Assembly: GCA_963663385.2 (NCBI GenBank)
Contig: CAXXXD010000002.1
Coordinates: forward strand, 768,001 to 832,000
Direction: 5' to 3'
Length of the DNA: 64,000 nucleotides
Origin: Oceanispirochaeta sp.
Lineage (GTDB): Bacteria > Spirochaetota > Spirochaetia > DSM-2461
Shown: positions 29,118 through 37,511 of the stretch, one piece after another
How the letters are laid out: every line of letters starts with the position of its first letter
Numbering within the stretch: the first letter of the stretch is position 1
The notes under the pieces: model-generated
Databases searched by the model: none
What the model was told of the DNA's origin: nothing
What the model saw: only the letters and a program-made list of their open reading frames with translations
Translations under genes and position numbers: made by a program

Positions 29118-30409
29118 TGAGTGGAGCATTTGAAAAATCGGAATACAAAGTGAAAGCCCTCTGCTGCGGCAGAATCCTGAGCGATGAGGGACAGCCCCTG
29201 GTCTGTCCGGATTGCCCGGAATCTCATTTTTTAAGGACAGAATATGCAGACAAACAGCTGAAACTCAAAGACGATTCTCTCGGTTTGTATAAATACAGCG
29301 GATGGCTGCCGGTTGAGAGAGTCCTGGAGGGATCCGCCGCTCCCGTCAGCTATAGAAGTACCGCTCTGGCAGAAAAACTGGGGCTGGAAAATCTCTGGAT
29401 AACCTTTAACGGCTGGTGGCCTGAAAAAGGGGCCGCCATGAAAACAGGAACATTCAAGGAGTGCGAAGCCTATTCGGTTTGCGCCCGTATCCCACGGGAT
29501 AAAAAGGGCATTCTGGTTGTGGCATCCGCGGGAAATACGGCGCGGGCTTTTGCCCGGGTCTGCTCCGATAACAATATCCCCCTTGTTATTACCATTCCCG
29601 AAGATAATATTGGGGCCATGTGGTCGGATAAACCCCTGGCGGACTGTGTGAAAATAGTGGCGGTTTCAGCGGGGGCCGACTATTTTGATGCCATTTCCCT
29701 GGCGGGGAAGCTCTGCAGGGGAGAAGGCTATTTCCCCGAAGGGGGCGCCAGGAATATAGCCCGCCGGGACGGAATGGGGACAACCGTCCTGTCTGCGGTA
29801 ACCGCCATGGGACGAATCCCGGACTACTATTTTCAGGCTGTCGGAAGCGGAACCGGCGCCATTGCCGCCTGGGAGGCAAATCTGCGCTTTCTGAAAGACG
29901 GACGGTACGGGAACAGCAAGATGAAGCTTATGGTCTCCCAGAACGCCCCTTTTCAGATAATCTATGATTCCTGGAAACAGGACAGCCGGGGACTGGTTCC
30001 CCTGGATGATAATCTGGCCCGGGATCAGGTAACGGCCATGGATGCCAAGGTCCTGTCCAACCGCAAGCCTCCGTACTCCCTTCCCGACGGGCTCTATGAT
30101 GCCCTGAAAGACTCGAAAGGGGATGTTTTCCTGGCAGACAACAGGGAAGCTGAAGAGGCCGGACGGCTGTTTCAGGAGTGTGAAGGCATTGATATCTCCC
30201 CGGCGGCTTCGGTTGCGGTTGCTTCTCTGGTGAAGGCCGTCGAAAGCGGCGCTGTGGGAAGGAAAGAAAGAATTATGCTGAATATTACAGGGGGCGGAAC
30301 AAAGCGTTTCGCCGCCGAGTTTACTGTGCGGTATGCCGGGGCTGATCTTGTCTTTGATCCGGATGTGGAAGAGGGAACTCTGATAGACGAAGTTAATAAA
30401 TTATTTTAA
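29117..30409 (+). CDS. Cysteate synthase (PLP enzyme, threonine-synthase fold; CapA-like)
   Basis: TGTFKECEA PLP lysine, VASAGNTARAF, GGARNIARRDGMGT, YFQAVGSGTG, VLSNRKPPYS; TGATG coupling to cysN. Confidence 0.85.
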   Translation: MSGAFEKSEYKVKALCCGRILSDEGQPLVCPDCPESHFLRTEYADKQLKLKDDSLGLYKYSGWLPVERVLEGSAAPVSYRSTALAEKLGLENLWITFNGWWPEKGAAMKTGTFKECEAYSVCARIPRDKKGILVVASAGNTARAFARVCSDNNIPLVITIPEDNIGAMWSDKPLADCVKIVAVSAGADYFDAISLAGKLCRGEGYFPEGGARNIARRDGMGTTVLSAVTAMGRIPDYYFQAVGSGTGAIAAWEANLRFLKDGRYGNSKMKLMVSQNAPFQIIYDSWKQDSRGLVPLDDNLARDQVTAMDAKVLSNRKPPYSLPDGLYDALKDSKGDVFLADNREAEEAGRLFQECEGIDISPAASVAVASLVKAVESGAVGRKERIMLNITGGGTKRFAAEFTVRYAGADLVFDPDVEEGTLIDEVNKLF

Positions 30410-30448
30410 TACTGGTCCGCCGGATGACGGATACAAGGAGATAATAAA

Positions 30449-31735
30449 ATGAGCGTGGACATTTTTGACAAATGTAAAGGAGACGGAGGTTACTTCGGAA
30501 AATACCGGGCGGCAGGAGATAAAGATCTGACAAGACCCACTATGGACCCCATCCCCGGAAAGACCATGATGTACAACAACGAGGAGTATGTCATGTGGTC
30601 CGTGAACAACTATATTGGACTGGCTGAAAATCAGGAGATAAAGGCTGCCGCCGCACAGGCTCTTGAAACATACGGAACAAGCGCCCCCATGGGATCCCGG
30701 ATGATGAGCGGCAATACCATTCATCATCAGAACCTGGAAAAGCGTTTTGCAGAACTGTCCCGGAAAGAGGCTGCCTACCTTTTTAACTTTGGCTATCTGG
30801 GCGTTCTGGGTATTGTGTCCTCCCTCTGCGGTCCCAAAGATACGGTCGTGGTGGATAAACTGGCCCATGCCTGTATCCTGGATGCGGCCATGATGGCAAA
30901 AGCTTCGGGAGCAAAGATCCGTTACTTCAAGCACAACAACATGGAAGACCTGGAACAGGTTTTGGATAGTGTCAATAAAGACCGGGAAGGCGGTGTGATG
31001 ATCCTGATTGAAGGCGTGTACGGTATGACTGGCGACCTGGCGGATCTGCCCGGCATCTGCGCCCTGAAAGAGAAGTACAACGCCCGTCTGTTTATCGATG
31101 ATGCTCACGGTATAGGTGTTATGGGCGAAAAGGGCCGTGGAACGGGAGACCACTTCGGTGTTCAGGACAGGATCGATATCTACTTCGGAACCTTTGCCAA
31201 GGCTTTCGCTTCCATAGGCGGCTTCTGTGCGGCCGATCAGGATGTTATCGACTGGATCGCCTACAACTCAAGAACCCAGGTTTTTGCCAAGAGCCTCCCC
31301 ATGGTCTATGTAAAAACCCTGGATAAAACCCTGGACTATGTTATTGACGGGGATAACCGCAGAAAGACAATGTGGGACAACTCGAACAAGCTGAGAGACG
31401 GTCTGCGGGATCTGGGATACTACATCGGCACAGGGGAGTCTCCCATCTGTTCCGTTTTTACTCCTACCGGGAGTGATGATCCCAATGGAATGGGGGTCCG
31501 GATGGTAAAATACCTCAGGGAGAATAACATCTTTGTTACGGCTGTTGTATACCCCGTTATCCCTCCCGGGCTTTGTATGTTCCGGATGATCCCCACCACA
31601 TCCCATACGGATGCGGAAATCAATAGAACTATTGAGGTATTCGCCGCCATGAAAAAGGACCTTGATCTGGAAGACACCGTAACGGAAGAGGATATCAGAA
31701 AGATCAGCAAAGTCTACAGAAAAAGACAGGACTGA
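30449..31735 (+). CDS. Cysteate acyl-ACP/CoA C-acyltransferase (3-ketocapnine synthase, SulA/CapB-type alpha-oxoamine synthase)
   Basis: WSVNNYIGLA, HACILD, DDAHG, GTFAK(251) PLP lysine, QVFAK(281)SLPM; directly after cysteate synthase. Confidence 0.82.
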   Translation: MSVDIFDKCKGDGGYFGKYRAAGDKDLTRPTMDPIPGKTMMYNNEEYVMWSVNNYIGLAENQEIKAAAAQALETYGTSAPMGSRMMSGNTIHHQNLEKRFAELSRKEAAYLFNFGYLGVLGIVSSLCGPKDTVVVDKLAHACILDAAMMAKASGAKIRYFKHNNMEDLEQVLDSVNKDREGGVMILIEGVYGMTGDLADLPGICALKEKYNARLFIDDAHGIGVMGEKGRGTGDHFGVQDRIDIYFGTFAKAFASIGGFCAADQDVIDWIAYNSRTQVFAKSLPMVYVKTLDKTLDYVIDGDNRRKTMWDNSNKLRDGLRDLGYYIGTGESPICSVFTPTGSDDPNGMGVRMVKYLRENNIFVTAVVYPVIPPGLCMFRMIPTTSHTDAEINRTIEVFAAMKKDLDLEDTVTEEDIRKISKVYRKRQD

Positions 31736-31736
31736 T

Positions 31737-32444
31737 GTGAAAAACAGAGTTACACTCTGGTGTCATGAGTTGGCTGGGGCCTCCCCGCAGGAGGTTCTTG
31801 CCTGGGCTTATAAAACATTTGATCTGTCCAGAATCGCTCTCTCTAACAGTCTGGGGCTGGAGGACATGGTATTAACGGATATGCTGATGAAACTCGATCA
31901 GGAGTTCCCCGTATTCACCCTGGATACGGGGCGTCTCTTTCAGGAAACCTATGATCTGATGGAAGAGGCTCGGCTTAAATGGAAGCTGTCCATGAAGGTT
32001 CTGTTTCCCGACAGGGCTGCCGTCGAGGCTCTTGTCCGGGAAAAAGGGCCGAACTCCTTCTATTACAGCCTGGAAAACCGGAAAGAGTGCTGCCGTATAC
32101 GGAAAATTGACCCCCTCAAACGGGAGCTGTCCACCCTGGATGCCTGGATCTGCGGGCTCCGGAAGGAGCAGTCGGTTACCCGGACGGCGGTTCGGAAGGT
32201 GGAGTGGGATGAGGCGTTCGGTCTGATTAAATTGAACCCGCTGGCAGACTGGTCGGAGCAGCAGTGCAGGGATTATGCAAAGGACAATCATGTTCCCGTG
32301 CACTCTCTTCATAAAAAAGGGTTTCCCTCTATCGGCTGCGCCCCCTGTACCAGAGCTGTTAAGCCGGGAGAGGATATACGGGCCGGCCGCTGGTGGTGGG
32401 AGAATCCCGAAAGCAGGGAGTGCGGGCTGCATAGGAAATCTTGA
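31737..32444 (+). CDS. cysH: Adenosine 5'-phosphosulfate (APS) reductase, [4Fe-4S] type
   Basis: LDTG, ECCRIRK, SIGCAPCT, RAGRWWWE, ECGLH; GTG start. Confidence 0.9.
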   Translation: MKNRVTLWCHELAGASPQEVLAWAYKTFDLSRIALSNSLGLEDMVLTDMLMKLDQEFPVFTLDTGRLFQETYDLMEEARLKWKLSMKVLFPDRAAVEALVREKGPNSFYYSLENRKECCRIRKIDPLKRELSTLDAWICGLRKEQSVTRTAVRKVEWDEAFGLIKLNPLADWSEQQCRDYAKDNHVPVHSLHKKGFPSIGCAPCTRAVKPGEDIRAGRWWWENPESRECGLHRKS

Positions 32445-32486
32445 GGTATCCGAAGTCCCATGCTAATATTCTCTCCGGAGAATACT

Positions 32487-33659
32487 ATGAAAATAAAGTC
32501 GCCGTTATTTTATATAAAACTGTTTTTACTAATCTTTTCATTCTTCCTTTTTTCATGTGAAGAGGCCGGTAACACAGCTCCCGATGAAGAACTGGAGGAG
32601 ATCGTTGAGGAGGAATCAGCCTCCATCTTTTTTAGAAATCCACCGGCCAACGGATCGGCCCTGCCTTCGGAGTTTTCCTTGAATGCGGCCTATTCCATTC
32701 CGGATTCCCTTTTTCAGGAAGGGCACAGTTATTCTATTAAGGCCTGTTTTGAAACGGCAGACGGTTGCTATGAGGCGGCAGATTTCCCTCTGACAGAACA
32801 GTCTAAGACATCCTTCTCCATCAGTTTTGCCCTTACCAGTGAGGGGCTTCCTACCGATGCGGTTGTTCCTTTCAATCTGTCCCTTGCCCTGTACGATACA
32901 ACGGTCGATCCGGCTGTAAAGCTCTGTTCCTCCTCTTCCATTCAGTATAATGGAGTGGCATACGGGAACTGGTATGAAATAGGCTCAAAAATTGTAATTA
33001 CCAATACGCAGATGTGGATCTACCATTACAAGGGGTCCGGCCGGGGGTATGTAGCTGATATGAGGGGCTCCATGGTAAGGTTGGGGCACAACAAATATCA
33101 GACCAATGTGGAACAGGAATTTGATTCTGATACGGGAGAGTGGGTGGATATTCCCGAAGAATATCTTTCCCGGTACGTTTCTGTTGACTACCTAAATGTA
33201 CAGAAAGACGGGCGTCTGCATATCTGTAACGAAGCGGGGGATATTACCCATAATATGCTCCCCTCTGAAAGTGGCTACACCTATGACGCGGATTATTCCG
33301 GTAAGTGGTGGACTGATGATCTGAAGATAGACCCGGCGGATAATGGATCGGTTCTGTGGTTTTCTGATAATTATTTTCAGCTACAGCAGGATGATCAGCA
33401 GAAAGGAGAAGATGCTTCTTTTCCTGTATATGAGATCGGAACAGTCTCAGATAATGCCGGAACCCTGACCCTGAATGTCACTCATGTGGGCAGCGGAGAG
33501 GGCTTTGAGGAAATCGATTCGGGAAAAGAATATACCTTTACCTATGTTTATGATCCTGATGCTGTACCTGATGAGACTCTCGTTCTGACGGGCGGTCCGT
33601 TTATTGACGGCGGTGCCACTGTTTTGAACTTTGACTTATCCAGTAAATATGAAAAATAG
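32487..33659 (+). CDS. Hypothetical acidic lipoprotein
   Basis: GGAG RBS before MKIKSPLFY; hydrophobic stretch ending FLFSC (spirochaetal lipobox); no family recognised. Confidence 0.7.
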   Translation: MKIKSPLFYIKLFLLIFSFFLFSCEEAGNTAPDEELEEIVEEESASIFFRNPPANGSALPSEFSLNAAYSIPDSLFQEGHSYSIKACFETADGCYEAADFPLTEQSKTSFSISFALTSEGLPTDAVVPFNLSLALYDTTVDPAVKLCSSSSIQYNGVAYGNWYEIGSKIVITNTQMWIYHYKGSGRGYVADMRGSMVRLGHNKYQTNVEQEFDSDTGEWVDIPEEYLSRYVSVDYLNVQKDGRLHICNEAGDITHNMLPSESGYTYDADYSGKWWTDDLKIDPADNGSVLWFSDNYFQLQQDDQQKGEDASFPVYEIGTVSDNAGTLTLNVTHVGSGEGFEEIDSGKEYTFTYVYDPDAVPDETLVLTGGPFIDGGATVLNFDLSSKYEK

Positions 33660-33688
33660 AAAGCTCTTTTCAAGGAGGCTCAGTTTAT

Positions 33689-33713
33689 AAAACCGCTGAA
33701 TAGCGGTTTTTTT
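33689..33713 (+). terminator. Rho-independent terminator
   Basis: AAAACCGCT-GAAT-AGCGGTTTT-TTT. Confidence 0.85.
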
Positions 33714-33800
33714 ATGCCCGAATCCCTAGTATATTCACACTATTTTGAGAAAATCCCCTTTTCATATAAGAAAAAACCTTATAAGGTATAGAGTGTTAAA

Positions 33801-33825
33801 ATGACAAAATCACTTAAAGTGTCAA
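33801..33825. promoter_or_regulatory. Palindrome TGACA-N13-TGTCA upstream of the dehydrogenase-FabH fusion (candidate operator)
   Basis: TGACA at 33802-33806, TGTCA at 33820-33824; about 25 bp before the ATG. Confidence 0.55.
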
Positions 33826-33849
33826 AATAAGACCAGTCAGGAGAGGGGA

Positions 33850-36800
33850 ATGGAACTTAAAACAATCAGAGAATATTTCAAGTATATGGTCACCGCCCGG
33901 GAATTGGATCTTCTGGAACAGAGTTATACGGGAAGGGGCGAAGCTTTCTTTCATGTTTCCGGTGCCGGTCATGAAGGTTCCTGTATTTTAAATAGTGTAT
34001 TGGAGGAGCAGGATTATCTCCATGTCCATTACAGGGATAAAGCCCTGATGATGGCCCGGGGTATGGATCCCGAAATGTTTTTTCTGTCCCTTTTTAATAA
34101 AGAAGGATCTCATTCCAAAGGACGGCAGATGGTCGCCCATATGAGCGACCCCGACCATAATATCCTCAGTATGGCCGGTCCTGTGGGAAACAGTAACCTC
34201 CATGCTGCAGGTGTGGCAGAAGCTGTAAAAGGGCAGAAAGGAAATCCCGTTGTTCTCAGTTCTCTGGGAGATGGAATGTCTCAGGAAGGGGATGTGCTCG
34301 AAGCCATAGCCCATGCGGCCCGGAAAGAACTTCCGGTTCTTTTTCTGGTTCAGGACAACGGTTTTGCTATTTCTACCAAAACAAAAGGGAATACCTTTTT
34401 TTCCCGGCCGGAAGGAGAGGCAGATTCGTTCTACGGCATACCCATTACCAGAATGGATGGCCGCTACCCCCAGAACCTTTACAGGCCCATGAAAGAGGTC
34501 GTGGACGGTATCCGGCAAACGGGGAAACCCGCCATCATTGTCATGTCCGTGGAACGCCTTCACAGTCATACCAATGCGGATGACCATAGAGTCTACCGGA
34601 CCGATGAAGAGATCAAAGCCCTTCATGAATCAAGTGATCCGGTGGATCAGCTGCACAGCTGGCTTCTGGATCAGGGTGTTTCGGAAGATGAACTGGCTGC
34701 AGAACGGCAAGAGATTATCGCCGATCTGAAAGAGAAGGCCCATAAAGCCCAGATTTCTCCCGAACCCGAGCCTGTCTATACAGCCAAAAAAGAGATCCCT
34801 GCTCATCTCACCGACCGGAAGCAGGAGTACCGCGGTACCCCCGGCAAGGAAGAACTGACCATGCTGGAAGCGATTAAGGAGACCCTCCGTTTTCACCTGG
34901 ACCGTAATCCCGCAGTAGAACTGTTCGGGGAGGACCTGGAAGATCCCAAGGGGGATGTATTCGGACTGACCAAAACCCTTTCGACCCAGTTCCCCGGACG
35001 GGTTGAAAACAGTCCTCTGGCGGAAGCCTCCATTGTCGGTCTGTCTATCGGGCGGGCTCTGGCGGGTAAACACCCTGTTGCTTTCCTCCAGTTTGCCGAC
35101 TTTCTGCCTATTGCCTTCAATCAGCTGTGGGCCGATGCAGGGAGCATGTACTGGCGAACCGAAGGCGGATGGGAGTGCCCCATGATCATTATGGTCTCCT
35201 GTGGTGCCTACAAGCCCGGAATCGGTCCCTTCCATGCCTCCAGTATGGAAGCCGTTGCCGCGCATATTCCCGGTATCGATGTGGTTATGCCCTCTACAGC
35301 AGGAGATGCTGCCGGTCTGCTCAACGCGGCCTTTGAATCGGGAAGACCAACCGTATATTTCTATCCTAAAGTTTGCCTCAACGATGTTCAGGCAAAAACA
35401 AGTTCTGATGTTTCCCGCCAGCTTGTTCCCCTGGGAATTGCCAGAAAAGTCAGCGAAGGCGAACACGTCACCTTTGTTTCATACGGCAATACAATAAGGC
35501 TGTGTCAGAAAGCGGCGGAAGCTCTGGGTAAACACAATATTACAAGTGATCTTATTGACCTTCGTTCCATCTCCCCCTGGGATCAGGAGATGGTTCTGGA
35601 ATCAGCCGAAAAAACAGGCCGGGTGATTATCGTTCATGAAGAGAATAAAACAGCCTCGATCTCTTCGGAAGTGGCTGCCTTTCTGGCGGAAAAATCCTCC
35701 CGAAAACTGAATATTAAACGAATTACCCGGGAAGATACCTATGTTCCCTGTAATTTTGATTGTCAGCTGGAAGTCCTTCCTTCCTACAAAGGAATTCTGG
35801 AAGCGGCTGCAGAGATGTTCGGCGGATCTGTCTGCTGGAAGAAGGAAGAGCTGGCTCAGGCCGGTTCTTTTACGGTCGAGATAATCGGTACCAGTCCGGC
35901 AGATGAAACGGCTACCGTTATTGAATGGAAGGTTGAAGCCGGTGATACCATTGAAGAGGGTGATCTGCTGGCTGAGATCGAAGCGGACAAGGCGGCAGCC
36001 GAGATGAAGTCCCCCGTTTCCGGTGTTGTCGAAGAGCTGATCCTGGAGGAGGGAGAGGCTGTCGCCATCGGCGCCCCCGCTCTCAAGGTAAAAACCAGCG
36101 AAACTGCCGCGGTCTCTCTCAAGCCTAAAACCAAAGAGGAGCCCGGGGAACCCGTTATCACCGGGATGACAGTTGTTTCAGAGACAAAAGATTCCGTTCC
36201 GGCAGCAGCCTCCGGAGACCGCCGCCCCTTCCTGCTGGATATTGCAGGTGTGCAGGGCAGCCGGGAAGTCCTGAATGATGAGATTATGGAATCCTGTTCC
36301 GGATGGAGTGAGGGCGAAATCCTGAAAATGACGGGAATCGAGAAGCGGAACTGGATTGGTGAAGGGGAGGATGTGGTCTCCCTGGCCAGTAAAGCCGCCA
36401 AAACTGTTCTTGAGAGAAACAGCCTTACCCTGGATGATCTCAGTCTGATTCTTGTTTCAAGCGGAACCCCCGGTACCATGACACCTTCCCTGGCAACACG
36501 GGTGCAATACAACTTAATGCCCGACGGCAAGAGGCAGCCGGCCTGTGCCGCTTTTGATATCAATGCCGCCTGTTCCGGTTACCTGTACGGTCTGCAGTCC
36601 TCCTGGGACTTTCTGAACAGCCGGCCCGACGGGCTTATTCTGCTTATTACGGCTGAGGTTCTGTCCCCCCTGGTGGATCCTTCCGATAAATCCACATCTG
36701 CTGTGTTTGGCGACGGCGCAACCGCCTCTCTGATCGCCGGAGTGGACCACGCTCTGAAGAACAGGGGGCGGGCCAGGATTTTCCGGCCCGTTACCGCAGC

Positions 36801-37191
36801 ATCGGGTGAACCCGGGGATATCCTGACGGTTCCCGCCAATCCGGCCGAGACTATCTATATGCATGGTCCCAAAGTGTATCTGGAAGCTGTTGCCAGCATG
36901 ATCTCTGTTCTGGATGATGCCTGTAAACAGGAGGAGAAGGGACTGGATGAACTGTCCCTGATTGTCCCGCATCAGGCTAATCAGAGGATTATCAATGCGG
37001 TACGTCAGAGACTGAAGATCGAAGAAGATCAGATATACAGCGAGATCCGCTACAGGGGAAATACTTCCTCCTGTACAATCCCGTTCTGTCTGGAATCCCT
37101 GATACAGGACGGGCGTTCCGGCCAGACCCTCGGGATGACAGCTTTCGGCGGCGGTTTCACCTCCGCCGGGGGACTGCTGGAAATCCTTTAA
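33850..37191 (+). CDS. Fusion protein: 2-oxoacid dehydrogenase E1alpha + E1beta + lipoyl domain + beta-ketoacyl-ACP synthase III (FabH)
   Basis: TPP motif GDG...VQDN; E1beta FGEDL, SPLAEASIVG, GPFHA; lipoyl EADK(714)A; KAS III triad AAC(908)SG, PH(1041)QAN, GN(1071)TS, TAFGGG. Confidence 0.9.
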   Translation: MELKTIREYFKYMVTARELDLLEQSYTGRGEAFFHVSGAGHEGSCILNSVLEEQDYLHVHYRDKALMMARGMDPEMFFLSLFNKEGSHSKGRQMVAHMSDPDHNILSMAGPVGNSNLHAAGVAEAVKGQKGNPVVLSSLGDGMSQEGDVLEAIAHAARKELPVLFLVQDNGFAISTKTKGNTFFSRPEGEADSFYGIPITRMDGRYPQNLYRPMKEVVDGIRQTGKPAIIVMSVERLHSHTNADDHRVYRTDEEIKALHESSDPVDQLHSWLLDQGVSEDELAAERQEIIADLKEKAHKAQISPEPEPVYTAKKEIPAHLTDRKQEYRGTPGKEELTMLEAIKETLRFHLDRNPAVELFGEDLEDPKGDVFGLTKTLSTQFPGRVENSPLAEASIVGLSIGRALAGKHPVAFLQFADFLPIAFNQLWADAGSMYWRTEGGWECPMIIMVSCGAYKPGIGPFHASSMEAVAAHIPGIDVVMPSTAGDAAGLLNAAFESGRPTVYFYPKVCLNDVQAKTSSDVSRQLVPLGIARKVSEGEHVTFVSYGNTIRLCQKAAEALGKHNITSDLIDLRSISPWDQEMVLESAEKTGRVIIVHEENKTASISSEVAAFLAEKSSRKLNIKRITREDTYVPCNFDCQLEVLPSYKGILEAAAEMFGGSVCWKKEELAQAGSFTVEIIGTSPADETATVIEWKVEAGDTIEEGDLLAEIEADKAAAEMKSPVSGVVEELILEEGEAVAIGAPALKVKTSETAAVSLKPKTKEEPGEPVITGMTVVSETKDSVPAAASGDRRPFLLDIAGVQGSREVLNDEIMESCSGWSEGEILKMTGIEKRNWIGEGEDVVSLASKAAKTVLERNSLTLDDLSLILVSSGTPGTMTPSLATRVQYNLMPDGKRQPACAAFDINAACSGYLYGLQSSWDFLNSRPDGLILLITAEVLSPLVDPSDKSTSAVFGDGATASLIAGVDHALKNRGRARIFRPVTAASGEPGDILTVPANPAETIYMHGPKVYLEAVASMISVLDDACKQEEKGLDELSLIVPHQANQRIINAVRQRLKIEEDQIYSEIRYRGNTSSCTIPFCLESLIQDGRSGQTLGMTAFGGGFTSAGGLLEIL

Positions 37192-37197
37192 TAACGA

Positions 37198-37508
37198 ACT
37201 CCCTCTCCCGGCCCCTCTCAATCTCCCCAAAGGGGAGACATCAGTTTGATTTCCCTCCCTTGGAGGGATTAAGGGAGGCTGGAGAGGGCGGATGCATCCC
37301 CGAGCAGTAAACGTAGTTTACGACCAGGGGAATCAAAGGGTGAGGGTTTACCGGACCCCTCTCAGTCTCCCCAGGGGGGAGAAGTCAATTCGGTTTCCCC
37401 TCCTTTGGAGGGGATCAAGGGGAGGCCGGGAATCAAAGGGTGAGGGGGAGGTTCCGGAAGATACAATTGATGGGTTGTACTTGCTCCGGATACCCGAGCG
37501 GAGTCGAG
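37198..37508. repeat. Cluster of REP/REPIN-like palindromes between convergent genes
   Basis: Two units CCCCTCTCA(A/G)TCTCCCC..GGGGAGA-spacer-CCCTCC(C/T)TTGGAGGG..AAGGG(G)AGGC at about 37212 and 37356; GGAATCAAAGGGTGAGGG twice; CGAGCGGAGTCGAG at 37495-37508. Confidence 0.8.
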
Positions 37509-37511
37509 AGG

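Noticed and set aside
29117..30409. Threonine synthase call
   Set aside because: The motifs (RRDGMGT, YFQAVGSGTG, LSNRKPPY) and coupling to cysDN/cysH fit cysteate synthase better
30449..31735. BioF / Kbl / serine palmitoyltransferase call
   Set aside because: No bio genes nearby; Lys281 and the adjacent cysteate synthase point to a cysteate acyltransferase
37198..37508. CRISPR array
   Set aside because: Only two imperfect long units, no regular repeat-spacer period and no cas genes
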